From positions 56,606,001 through 56,670,000 of the forward strand of contig NC_043001.1 of assembly GCF_006345805.1 (NCBI RefSeq): DNA of 64,000 bases, given 5' to 3'. A program made the position numbers and the translations under genes. Of the stretch, positions 14,087-25,410 are shown in pieces. Positions within the stretch are counted from its first letter, which is position 1. The number at the start of each line of letters is the position of its first letter. Below the pieces are notes generated by a model, which worked only from the letters and a program-made list of their open reading frames with translations, did no database searches and was not told where the DNA came from. The DNA comes from Octopus sinensis (taxonomy: Eukaryota).

Positions 14087-14929
14087 ATATGATGTATAAA
14101 ACTACTCGAGTTTCGTATTCATTTTGCAAACAGTGCTATATTCATATATTTCTAGATTTAGTTTGCAGAATTTTCCTAAAGTTCCTCTACACATTCTAGT
14201 AACTTCGAATAATAATAGAATTGCATATTCAAACATTTGGTGATATTCAGTAATAAAACCAAATTTACAACTACGTACTCTGTGTAACTTATATATGTTT
14301 CCCCATTTCCTTATCATTGTATGACAATATGAAAATCATACGTATCAAATATAAAATTGGTTAGCATATTATTTGCATTTTCACGTGTGCATGTCAATTT
14401 ATGTTCGTGTAACGTATGTATTTGTGAGTTTATCTGTCTCTTGGTTTGTGTATGTGTATGCATGTCTATGCGTTGTATGTATTCGCTTATCCCGACGCAA
14501 CACTCCATATTCATACACATTGTCATATGTATTCTTACGTATACGCGAACACGCTCAAAAACACTTGCTCACATACACTCGCATACAATACACATACATA
14601 AACTCACACATGCGTACAGTGTGTGTGTGTATGTGCGTGTGTTTGTGTATGTATGTGTGGAAGAGAAAGAGAGAGAGAAAGAGGAAAGAAATGGAGAGGG
14701 GAAAAGAGAGAGAAAGAGATGGAGTATAATACTGTATGAATGTTCCTGTTCAAAACATTAATATCTAAAAATTTAGTGTCCAGTTTATGAAACTTACATT
14801 TAATAAAATCCCTTGAACCAACTACGTTCTCCACAGTATGTAATCATTTAAGTGTAAACAGCTACTAAAATGAGATTTTAATCCAGATTTGATAAAGTAG
14901 TAGACTGGATGTACAATATATTGATTTCA

Positions 14930-15105
14930 AATTTTGGTACAAGCCCAGCAATTTTGGGGAGGAGTAAGTCGATTACATGGACTCTAGCATTCAGCTGTTA
15001 CTTCTTTTATCGACCCCGAAATGATAAAAAGTAAAGTCGACCTCGGCGGAATTTGAACTCTGAATGTAAAGACGGACGAAACGTGCTAACGATTGTGCCA
15101 GCTCA
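14930..15105 (-). mobile_element. SINE family C
   Basis: GTCGACCTCGGCGGAATTTGAACTC, the reverse complement of the family core. Confidence 0.8.
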
Positions 15106-16577
15106 TTGCTTTTGGATGAACAATATGTTAAAAGTTGTGAACAGTAACGAGCCTCTTCATATATATATTCATACACACGGAAGCACGAACACACACACAC
15201 ACAATTATCTATTTCAATGGGTGAATGGATCTCCGTTGTTTTCGACTATGATATTTCAGCTGGTTAGATCAACTGAATTAACTGCTCTCGGAGTTAAGTA
15301 GAAAGCAGTCGCGTATTCCATTGACTTGTGTATTCTTAACGAAAATTTCAAGAAGAACTAGCACGGCATAGTGTATGACATGTCTGTAACATTTGAATTA
15401 CTTGTACAATCTACCTGAATGGCCTTCTGTGTAATTTCATCTATCCAATTTCATTGTCAAGATATGGGTTGACCTGAAGATATAGAAAATAACATTTGCC
15501 CCAAAAGCTACGCAGTGAGATCAAATCTGGAACCTTTTGGCTGCGAAGTGAACTTATTGAGCGTCTAGCTTTAATCTAACTTACACATATACACATGCAC
15601 ACACATACATACGTGCAAACATTCAAACATACATACATACATACATACATACATACATACATACATACATACATACATACATACATACATGTGTATATGT
15701 GTGTAGGTGTATGTATGCAAGCATTATCTACACAATATTATTGATTCGTTTTCATAAGAGACAATGAAATAAAAGTTATAATATGGTATAAACAATACAA
15801 CCATTTTATTATCTAATATACAAAACACTGTTTTCTTCTGACTCTTGAAACTTTATTGGAAAATTATATAGTTACACCACCAAATATCTGGCCTTGAAAG
15901 ATTAACCATTTTGCCGGCCGATACATTCTCCTCTAATAATAATTCATCAACATCTCCCGTCCCGAAAAACCAGGGACCGGTTTTTTCAACTGTTCTTTTT
16001 TATACAGGTTCTATATAAAATAACTTTTAAGTTTCTGTCACTGATGCTCTTAGTTGCCTTAGCAGTAGTAGTCATAGCTCAGGTTAGCATAAATAAGGAG
16101 AGGATCTCTCAAAATGTTGGTATTACACAAACAATTGCTGCGTAGGTGATGCAGATAACCATATAGCATGCACAGAAACAACCGTAGTCATGTAGTAAAC
16201 AACACTGGGGGTTACGGGAATTTTGGGTTCACCATCGTAATTTATACTGATTAAGGAAACCGGATAATCAGTCGCAGGAAAATCGGTGCCGTTCCTCTTT
16301 GTATTATACAAACATGCATACATACGTATGTAAACACGCACACACTCATGCATACATTTACATACGTGCATACATGCACACACATATATTGATATATATA
16401 TATATATATATTTACATACACACACATATGTACCTATAAATACCATATTCTTATATCTATAAATATATAAAGTCTAAAATAATTTATAGATACACCTTTA
16501 CATATATGTATACAGATATATGTATATTTGCACATATATTTACATACATGTATATATACGTATATGATATATACATA

Positions 16578-16621
<44 letters not shown>

Positions 16622-17115
16622 CACAAACACCTCCGTCCCCACCACGTATATTCGATAGACATTCCGGTGAGCTGTTCATGTAAGCTGAGAGTTGAGTGTC
16701 ATATTTCTGGAACTATTCGTTGACAACTAGTACTTAATGACATGCCATATTATCATGCTACAATTATGCTTGTGATGAAGAGTGAACTAGAAATCCTTGA
16801 AGGAAGTAGGGATGCATTGAGCTAGCAACAATCGATACATTATAATGCTATGTTTAAAGACATACATCATGTCATCTCCAGTGATCACCAATTTACCAAT
16901 CCGAAACTACCTTGCAGCTATGCTATTGATATATCTCCATGTCATTATACTATTCACATGACCAGGCTACTTGAGAAAACCTACCTGATTCGCTCAGCAT
17001 GCTGGAAGTAGCAGGCAAAACTTTCTCAGATCTTACTTTAGAATGTTAATGAGAAAAGTAAAAAGATACATTAAAAAATAATGTCCTAGGTATACATTAT
17101 ATATACATACATACA

Positions 17116-17151
<36 letters not shown>

Positions 17152-17599
17152 TATATATATTGCTAGGAACGCCTTCCCTCATGGCTGTGCTCTGTGTGAG
17201 TTGAAAAGAAGCTAAATAGGAAAAGACAACTATGATTGTACGGTTGATTAGACGCAACACAATGGGAGCCCCTAGATTTGCTAGAAATAATAATATATAA
17301 TATTTGATATAATATTTTCAGCTCACTATATTGTGTGAGGTTCATCCGTATGTGCAGATAGTATACATAACTACACTCCTAGGGTATTTTTCTCAATTCT
17401 GTTGTTAATATTCACTATCAGTATCATTCCTTTCTCTCTATTTTTATGTATACGTCAACTGTTCCCATTCTAACCAACCAAGGAAAACACAATTCACTGA
17501 AGATATTGCTCTTGATAAATGATTTGAAATCTTAAATACATTCAGAGGGTGATCGTTCCTCAACTAATTGCTTGGATAACCTTAATCAGGCGTTTGATT

Positions 17600-17690
17600 C
17601 CCACTGCGTGGCACGTTGGGCTGGTAACTTCTTCTATTATAGCCACGAGACGGCTAAAACCTTGTGAGTGGATTTGGTAAATAGAAACTA
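17600..17690 (+). mobile_element. SINE family B fragment
   Basis: CCCACTGCGTGGCAC...CTTCTATTATAGCC...CCTTGTGAGTGGATTTGGTA. Confidence 0.75.
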
Positions 17691-17731
17691 TATATATATA
17701 TATATTGTATGTATGTATGAATGTATATATA

Positions 17732-17778
<47 letters not shown>

Positions 17779-17780
<2 letters not shown>

Positions 17781-18039
17781 AGGCGCAATGGCCCAGTGGT
17801 TAGGGCAGCGGATTGCGATCGGAGGATCGTGGTTTCGATTCCCAGACCGAGCGTTGTGTGTGTTTATTGAGCGAAAATACACGAGGCTCCGGCAGGGAGT
17901 GGTGGCGACCCCTGTTGTACTCTTTCGCTCCAACTTTCTCTCACTCTTTCTTCCTGTTTCTTGGGTAACGCTGCGATGGACTGGCGTCCCGTCCATCTGG
18001 GGAGAACACATACACCATAGAAACCATTGAAAAGGGCGC

Positions 18040-18040
<1 letters not shown>
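17779..18040 (+). mobile_element. tRNA-derived SINE with a V-domain-like 3' part
   Basis: TGGCCCAGTGG A box, GGTTTCGATTCC B box, and GCGATGGACTGGCGTCCCGTCC, which resembles the conserved V-SINE motif. Confidence 0.8.
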
Positions 18041-18097
<57 letters not shown>

Positions 18098-18616
18098 CCA
18101 TCCACCTATGTCAAAAAAAATATTTGGACAGATCGGATAATGCGGTGTATGATGCAATGTGTCTGAGAAAAAGACGGGATATTTATTAATAAAATACTGT
18201 TCATCAATGTTCTATTCGATCATGCTCACCTGTGGCAAAACGACAACGACATCTCTTGACACCATTTTAGTGAATCTATAAACACATACAGTTTATTGAA
18301 ACTTGTGCCTGGCAGAAACAGTTGAGCTTTGGGCTAAATTACTTTTAGATTAGTAACTTTGATGTCTCTATATTCTAAAATCACATCCTGCAGTGACAAA
18401 ACGGCTTGCGGTGTTTCGTTCACTCTGCTGTCTTGCGAATTTGTATCCTACCAGTCATGGCATGTCTCTTATTGTAACTGCTGCAATATTTACAGCTCAA
18501 GTAGTGTGGCATTTGATAATTTTAGAAATTATCAATAATATTTTGAAAAATTGTGTCTTCTTGATATTTATTCGAATTTTTACAAGAGGCAATCAAAGTT
18601 ATTTCAAACAACTCCC

Positions 18617-18669
<53 letters not shown>

Positions 18670-18829
18670 CACACACACACACGCACACGCTCGCACATGC
18701 AAAGAAAAATGTGATAATGTGCGTATTGCATGGTACATTTCTCAAGCACAAACTGATGTTTAAGGATGTAATTCGTCTGGTGTTAGGTATATTCAGTCAG
18801 AACTTATCGAGGTTAAAACAAGCAACATA

Positions 18830-18912
18830 TTCTTCTTCTTCTTCTTCTTCTTCTTCTTCTTCTTCTTCTTCTTCTTCTTCTTCTTCTTCTTCTTCTTCTT
18901 CTTCTTCTTCTA
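18830..18912. repeat. (TCT)n/(GAA)n microsatellite at a LINE 3' end
   Basis: Direct. Confidence 0.95.
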
Positions 18913-18919
18913 AATAGTG

Positions 18920-20722
18920 ATTTCATTTATTTGCCTCGAGGGCGAAGACAATATAACGACAGACATAAAGTGTGTGAGTTTAGATATAATAACATGATAA
19001 TACAAAAAACAGGTAAGTGTACACGGTATACACTGAGAAGAAGGGACATATACATAGTATACAAAGGTTTCAGAAAATAAAAATTAAATGGGATGCGGAG
19101 GCATTGCTGACTTGTGGGGTTACGTCTAACCGCTGCTGTCACGTGTGGGACGGATTCGTCTGTCGGACGAGTGTGGAGTGATGATTGCCCCGCTGCTCTC
19201 CTTCAATCGGGCAGGTAAGGAAGTTTTCCTTTGCCTGGTGGCAAAGGACTTCGAGGGTTAATCGAGGAACACCACTGTTCGAAATTACCCTGAACATCTA
19301 GAGCAAGTGCCCTCTCCAGTTCCTTCTCTCCGACTTACAGGTCTACATTGATGAAGGTATCATCCACTCTTGCCATTTTCACAACGTTCACCCACCTTTC
19401 AATAAACTTACTCGAGGACAGCCCTTCCCTCTCCACTCTCAATTTCCTTTTCAAGTGAAATTTGAAGAATTCAATGAGAGCTCTACCAAAGAGGAATGTA
19501 TCTGACCTCATGCCTTTCAGCCTTGTCCACTAAACAACCTCTTTTGCCACAACCACCAGGCAAAGGAAAACTTCCTTACCTGCCTGATTGAGGGAGAGCA
19601 GCGGGGCAATCATCACTCCACACTCGTCCAACAGACAAATCCGTCCCACACGTGACAGCAGCGGTTAGACGTAACCCCACAAGTCAGCAATGCCTGAACA
19701 CTGAACAAGTACGTGCAAAACTGTTTCGTCACTCTTCGCACTCCAGGGACAAGTCCGTCTGAGAGCACATCTGTGCTTGTAGAGTTTATCTTGAACCGGT
19801 AGAGCTCCCCGGTAGCATTGCCATGCAAAGGACATCTGGAAATTATTCAAGATAGTTCCCGACCGGAACAGACTAGCTAGGTCATTTTCGTCAGCCCCTA
19901 TAGTCTCTTCCCTGCTACTAATCCTCTATAAATCTCTAAAGCGGAACATCCATCGATCCTATTGCCCAACTGGGAGAGGGCTGCGAGCACCTGACAACAT
20001 TCTAGGTGCCATGTGTCCATTCTCAGTCTTTTCTTCAACCACATCATCCCAGTTATTATACCTGGAGGTCGGGACCAAACCATACCCGGAGTTGTTTAAC
20101 TGGTTCGTCGGTCCAGCGTCCAATGACGCCGTCTGATAGCATCATCCTACCTCTGAAGGAGTGCAACTGCAAACCCAATGATTTGTCGGCTTTAATCTTA
20201 ACCCCTATAACCGACTCGTATTCCTTTAGGATGATGTCGACCGTCTCCTCTTCGAAGGCGTCCGACACCTTGTCGGTGACGACGTCTTCGTATTCCGACA
20301 CTGCCCTTCTTTTCCCCAGTTCGAAAGGGATGTCCCTTAGCTGTTCCGAAATTCTGCAGCAGTGGTTCAAGTGCCAATACGTATAGAGGAGGTAATAGTC
20401 AGCAACCCTGACGAACCGAGAATGCGATGCCAAACGGCTCCGATAGATGACCATTTACTTTGATCACTAAACATTTGCCGATGTACATTGCAGCCAACCT
20501 CTGAAAACGGATCCAGCACTGCCTACTTTCAGACTGACTCCCAAGTAGCAATGGTCAACCCTATCAACCCTGTTGATTGATCCAAATTGATCTGAGAACT
20601 CATGAAGCCAGCTTTGGTCCAGCCCTCTCTATGATATATCGCATAAGGTGGAGGTTGTCGTAAACCTGTTCGGGATTGCGCACGTTTGCGCTTCTCCGAC
20701 CAAGCTACCGACGATGGGCCAG
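18920..20722 (-). mobile_element. Degenerate Tx1/L1-clade LINE: RT, zf-RVT and 3' UTR with AATAAA
   Basis: Across frameshifts: GEAQTCAIPNR, NLHLMRYII, INLDQS, VNGHLSEPFGIAFSVRQGC*, LYVLALEPLLQ, degenerate YADD region (SEYEDVV), VWFGPDLQV, and AWQCYRGALPVQDKL..TCPW..DETVLHVLVQC. The 3' end reads CAAATAAATGAAAT. Confidence 0.85.
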
Positions 20723-21500
20723 TGAATGGCCCTTCCAATGATCATTGTTGATAGCTTTACCAAGTGGCCGGAATAATGCGGTGCAGTCAACCAACTTCGA
20801 AGGCAACAATAAAGTTCCGGCACGAAACTTTTGCTCGATACGGTGTCCGGACACCATAATACTGGACAACGGAGCACAATTTACTGGATACGAGTTCAGG
20901 AAATTCTGCAAAATGCAAGCAATCAAGCACAAGTTTACCCCGTCCTACAACCCGAGGCCAAGGGGGAAGGCAGAACGATTCGTAGATACTTTCAGGTGAG
21001 CGCTAAAAATGCACGGAATGTGTTAGGAAGTAACTATGACGAAATGCTAACTAAATTCTTAAGGGTGTACAGAATAACGTCCAATCTGAATACCAGTTCA
21101 GGCAAGTCGCCTGCAGAGCTAATGTTTGTTCGAAAGATTAAATCGATCTTCGACGTATTGTTGCCAAAGAAAAAAACCGTATAGAGAAAATACTAAAAAT
21201 TCAACTAAACATTTTGATGTATGAGAAAAATTCAGAACGGTAGAGAGTTGGCAGGATAGAGTAGTGGCTAGAATAGTTGGAAACACGATGTATTTAATAA
21301 AAGGCCAACGATGGAAGCATAAACGACACCTAAATCAATTAGAATTTAGACATAGAGATGAAAGGAAGGAAATTTCAATGGGAGTGTTTTACGATGTATT
21401 CGATGTGCCAGCACCGAAAGAGATTGAACCTTGAAGGAGCAGTAACAAAAAATGTAAACATATTGAATATTTAGAAATAATTCTTAGGAGGCAAATGTAC
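20716..21500 (+). mobile_element. Gypsy-type LTR retrotransposon integrase remnant
   Basis: GPVNG..IIVDSFTKWPE, PDTIILDNGAQFTGYEFRKFC, YNPRPRGKAERFVDTFR, SGKSPAELMF.RKI and WKHKRHLNQL show the DDE core with frameshifts. Confidence 0.9.
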
Positions 21501-21539
21501 TGAACTTCTTAGGGAAGCAAAATTAAAAAAAGGGAGAGG

Positions 21540-21799
21540 TGTTGGAAAGAAAGAAAGAAAAAAATTAATAATAAAATAAATTTCATTCCCTACGAAAGTC
21601 GAAATCTCCTGTGAGAATAGGCTTGACCAAACGACTATAAACAGGAGTGGTCTGGGTGAGAGATGGGACAGAGTAGGCGTTAATCGCAGGAAATCGTAAT
21701 GTGTCGTTTTGGTATTTTGTCGGAATATTGTCTGTTGGTTCGTGTTTATTTCGTGGAAAGTTTGCTGGATTGTTCCGTTGTTGCGGTGATACTACAATA
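21540..21799 (+). mobile_element. LTR (about 260 bp)
   Basis: Begins TGTTG directly after the purine tract AAAAAAGGGAGAGG; ends CAATA (CAACA with one mismatch); TATAAA-like motif near 21634. Confidence 0.7.
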
Positions 21800-21801
21800 A
21801 T

Positions 21802-21811
21802 TGGCAACGAG
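21802..21811 (+). promoter_or_regulatory. Primer-binding-site-like sequence (tRNA-Ser GCU type)
   Basis: TGGCAACGAG versus TGGCGACGAG, the complement of the tRNA-Ser(GCU) 3' end CUCGUCGCCA; lies immediately after the LTR end. Confidence 0.6.
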
Positions 21812-21897
21812 TAACTACGTTAGAAAACTACTACTACTACTACCACCACCACCACCACCACTATTACTACTACTACTACTACTAATAATAATAATAA

Positions 21898-21985
21898 TGA
21901 TTTCTTTTATTTGTCACCAAAGTGAAGGATGAGGGAGACAATACAAAGATAGACATCTAGTGTGGGTGTTTACATATAATGAAAT
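21898..21985 (-). mobile_element. Tx1/L1-like LINE 3' terminal fragment
   Basis: Homologous to 18920-19000; ends CAAATAAAAGAAATCA followed by (TTA)/(TAG)n. Confidence 0.65.
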
Positions 21986-22182
21986 GATAATATAAATAGA
22001 TAGAAAGATAGACAGATAGATATATGCCTTCATACATATGTATGTACATGTGTGTGAGTATGCGCCCGCATAGGAAGTGTTCACAGTATGCAATAGAAGA
22101 AAGAAAGGTAACATACAGAAAAATGAAAGGAAAAAGGATGATAGTGATGTGAAGTTCTATATTTAAGAGATGAGAAATGATG

Positions 22183-22292
22183 TACATTATTTACATTATT
22201 TACATTTGACCGAACGATCACAGGCATATGGCTTAGTGGTTTAGAGCGCGAGCTACTAACCCCAAGATTCCGAGTCCGATTCCAGGCAGTGA

Positions 22293-22357
<65 letters not shown>

Positions 22358-22533
22358 TTAATAACAACAACAACATCGAAAAATACCTTAGGAATGAGAA
22401 CCCGGGTTTGAAATTTCCCCAAGACACCTGATGAAGGCTGGAGGGAATATATCAGCCGAAACGTTGTGTTAACAACAAAGATGAGGACAAATATCCGTCA
22501 AATGTAAATAATGTAAATAATGTAAATAATGTA
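22183..22533 (+). mobile_element. tRNA-headed SINE with (AAT)n spacer, hammerhead module and inverted terminal copy
   Basis: A box TGGCTTAGTGG (22229-22239); B box GTCCGATTCC (22274-22283); (AAT)n at about 22297-22372; hammerhead at 22423-22470; 28-bp inverted repeat 22183-22210 versus 22498-22525. Confidence 0.85.
22423..22470 (+). ncRNA. Minimal type I hammerhead ribozyme motif
   Basis: GACAC-CTGATGA-A-GGCTG(loop)CAGCC-GAAA-CG-T-T-GTGTT: stem I 5 bp, stem II 5-6 bp, stem III reduced to palindromic ACGT, cleavage triplet GUU. Confidence 0.75.
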
Positions 22534-22659
22534 GATAGTGATGTAGTGCTCTTGTCATAGGAGGAACTCTAGGCATAATCCAGGAATCCAGCCGTCCAAG
22601 ATCTCTGAGAATACCCAGGCAAATTCCCTCTCAGATACGAAGATTGCCAAATGGCAAAC

Positions 22660-23058
22660 CCTCATCAACTTTTTCAAGTTGTTAAGAAATAAATGTTAAG
22701 CTTCTCTTGAAAAGGGAGTTGAGGGTGGAGAGGGAAGTCTTGCCTTGTGGCAAGTTTGTTGAAAGGTTGGTAAATGTTGGATGAATGGCCAATGTGAAGG
22801 GACCAGTTCTGAGCGTGCATCTGTGAAAAGGGAATTAAACGCCCTTTTGATCAAGCATCCGTGACTTTTGTGGGTTTTTTCATGAGGACCTTAAAGCTCC
22901 TCCCGTATTGAAAGTTTTAGTTTTTTCAATTTTAATTGTTATTTGTATTGTTAACACGCGGAAAACCATTGTATTGTCCTGTTTTTCTCTTTTATGATGT
23001 TGCATGTCTTTTAATGTTATTTTATGTGAGCCCTTTCCGCAAATAAAAGAATAAGTCA
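22660..23058 (+). mobile_element. Tx1/L1-like LINE 3' end (same family as 18920-20722)
   Basis: CTTGAAAAGGGAGTTGAGGGTGGAGAGGGAAG...TTGAAAGGTTGGTAAATGTTG matches the reverse complement of 19375-19460; ends CAAATAAAAGAA followed by (TCA)/(TTA)n. Confidence 0.75.
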
Positions 23059-23080
23059 TCATCATCATCATCATCATCAC

Positions 23081-23148
<68 letters not shown>

Positions 23149-23464
23149 CACAACATGATGGTAATGTCGTGTAACTTTATTGTGATTTCAGATTCCTGAG
23201 GGCTCACGTTTCTATCAAATATATCCTCTACAAAATTTTAACATTTATTTCTTAACAATAGTTACTATTCATAAGCTAAACTATATACAGAAAACATTAA
23301 GAAAAGCTTTTAATCGCTTATAACCCCTGTTATATGATATTCTCTAATGATATTGTAAATGAAGATATGATCGGCAATATGATGTTATACGGCAACGTTA
23401 TGCAGTTCTTAGATTAGCTTAGGATTGCATGCGACTATCTCGAATAGTGCATATGATATTCGTT

Positions 23465-23675
23465 TCTACTCTAGGCACAAGGGCCGGAATTTTGGGGGAG
23501 GGGACCAGTTGATTGGATCGACCCCAGTACACAACTGCTGCTTAATTAATTGACTCCGAAAAGATGAAAGGCAAAGTCGACCTCGGCGGAATTTGAACTC
23601 AGAACGTAAAGACAGACGAAATACTGCTAAGCATTTCGCCTGGCGTGCTAACGATTCTGCCAACTCACCGCCTTA
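23465..23675 (-). mobile_element. SINE family C, near full length
   Basis: GTCGACCTCGGCGGAATTTGAACTCAGAACGTAAAGAC...GCTAACGATTCTGCCA. Confidence 0.9.
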
Positions 23676-24334
23676 TACCACATATGATATTGCAATACAA
23701 AGTTTTGAGATAAGGCCATATAGTTATATATATTCATGGCACACAACGTTGCGTGGTAGTGATGATGATGATGATGATATGAGTTAATTTAATGTATAGT
23801 TATATAGCGTTGTTTTATGTTCTGTGTTTGACAAAATATTTCAGAAAGTAATAAATTTAGAAAACTGCAGTTACCAGAAAAAAGTATTTTGTTATAGTTC
23901 GTTGGATATGAGATATGCTTTACCAGCAAAGTTACAAATGAGTTCTTAGATCATTGGGCTCTTTACGAAAATGAAAGTTCAGTGTTATAGTTTTAGTGTC
24001 ATAGCGTTAAATTGAGGTGAGACACAGTTCTCACTAGAAAGAATATAATTCTATCTCAGTTAACATAACAAGATAGAATATTCACTATCGTCGATGATTA
24101 GCTCAGGTGAGGCATAAGACATGATCGAACACGGGGGAAAACGATTGCAGTCGTAGTTAACTAAAAGAATTGTAATTTAACATAGAGATAAACAGTTTGC
24201 CTCTTAAAGAACATGATTGCGTCTTTGAATAATACAAAATATTACTGTAATATCATTGTTACTCATTGAGAAGTTCTCCGACAAAAGACATTCGATCTGT
24301 GACCATCCCGGCTTATTATAGCATAAATGATGAA

Positions 24335-24548
24335 GGCAGGGAGCTGGCAGAATTGTTAGCGCGCTGGACGAAATGCCTAGCGGTATTATACATGTTGCTA
24401 CGTTCTGTGTTACAATTCCGCCGAGGTCGACTTTACCTTTTATCCTTTCGGAATCGATAAATTAATTACCTGTGAAAAATTAGGGTCGATGTAATCGGCT
24501 AGTCTTCTCCCCACAAATTTAAGGCCTTGTGCCTGTAATAGAAAGGAT
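24335..24548 (+). mobile_element. SINE family C
   Basis: GAGCTGGCAGAATTGTTAGC...CCGCCGAGGTCGACTTTACCTTT. Confidence 0.9.
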
Positions 24549-25029
24549 TATAGTATAAATGGTTTCTTCTTTTTCGAAAGTGGCAGACTTTGTTTAAAGA
24601 AGGTTTTGGGTATTGATTCTAGCAGATCGTGCGTCTGCATAGAAGCCATTCACACATCATTTGATTGATAATGAAGGCAGCAATTGGCCGACAAATAATC
24701 TGAATTGTGTATTATGTTTGCGATCTAAGAGGAAATATAATCGACGAAATGATAGCGATGATTATATGACTATTATCTAACATTGTAACACACTGGCACA
24801 GAACATCATGTGATATTGTCACATGCGTACCTTTATATTGCAATATAACATAGTACCATATGAGATTGTGATACAGCAGCATATAGCAATGAATCATAAC
24901 ATCACTAAATGTAGGTATATACAATGCTGGAAAGATATCAGTTTGAAATTGAGAATAAGAGAAAATAAAGGGTTATGTAGTAAACTCAGTGTTAATTTGA
25001 TTTTGGAGTATGAGGTAACTCGTAAAGCA

Positions 25030-25334
25030 AACATACGGAGATAATGTTGATGGCGATGGTGGCGGTAGTGGTGGTAGTGATGATGGTGGGGGTGGCAGTG
25101 GTGTTGGTGTTGGTGGTGGCGCTGCAGCTGTTGCTGCTAAAAGTGATGATGACAACGATGACGATGATGATGAGAACATTCAAGATGAGGATAATGGTAG
25201 GTATGTAATGATGATGATGGCGATAATGATGATAATTACAACGACGACAACGATGATGATGATGATGGTGATGATGGTAATGGTGATGATGATAATGATG
25301 ATGAAAATGGTGATGGTGGTGGTGGTGGTGGTGG

Positions 25335-25396
<62 letters not shown>

Positions 25397-25410
25397 TTGA
25401 TGATGACAAT
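25030..25410. repeat. (GGT)/(GAT)n compound trinucleotide tract
   Basis: Direct; source of the poly-His, poly-Met and poly-Ile ORFs. Confidence 0.95.

Noticed and set aside
15940-16300. Possible DNA transposon end (GGAAAATCGGTGCCGTTCC)
   Set aside because: No matching opposite terminus or TSD found in the window.
17779-17850. tRNA gene calls for the SINE heads (here and at 1533, 11169, 22222)
   Set aside because: They lack a complete cloverleaf and acceptor stem and run directly into SINE bodies, so they are tRNA-derived heads rather than tRNA genes.
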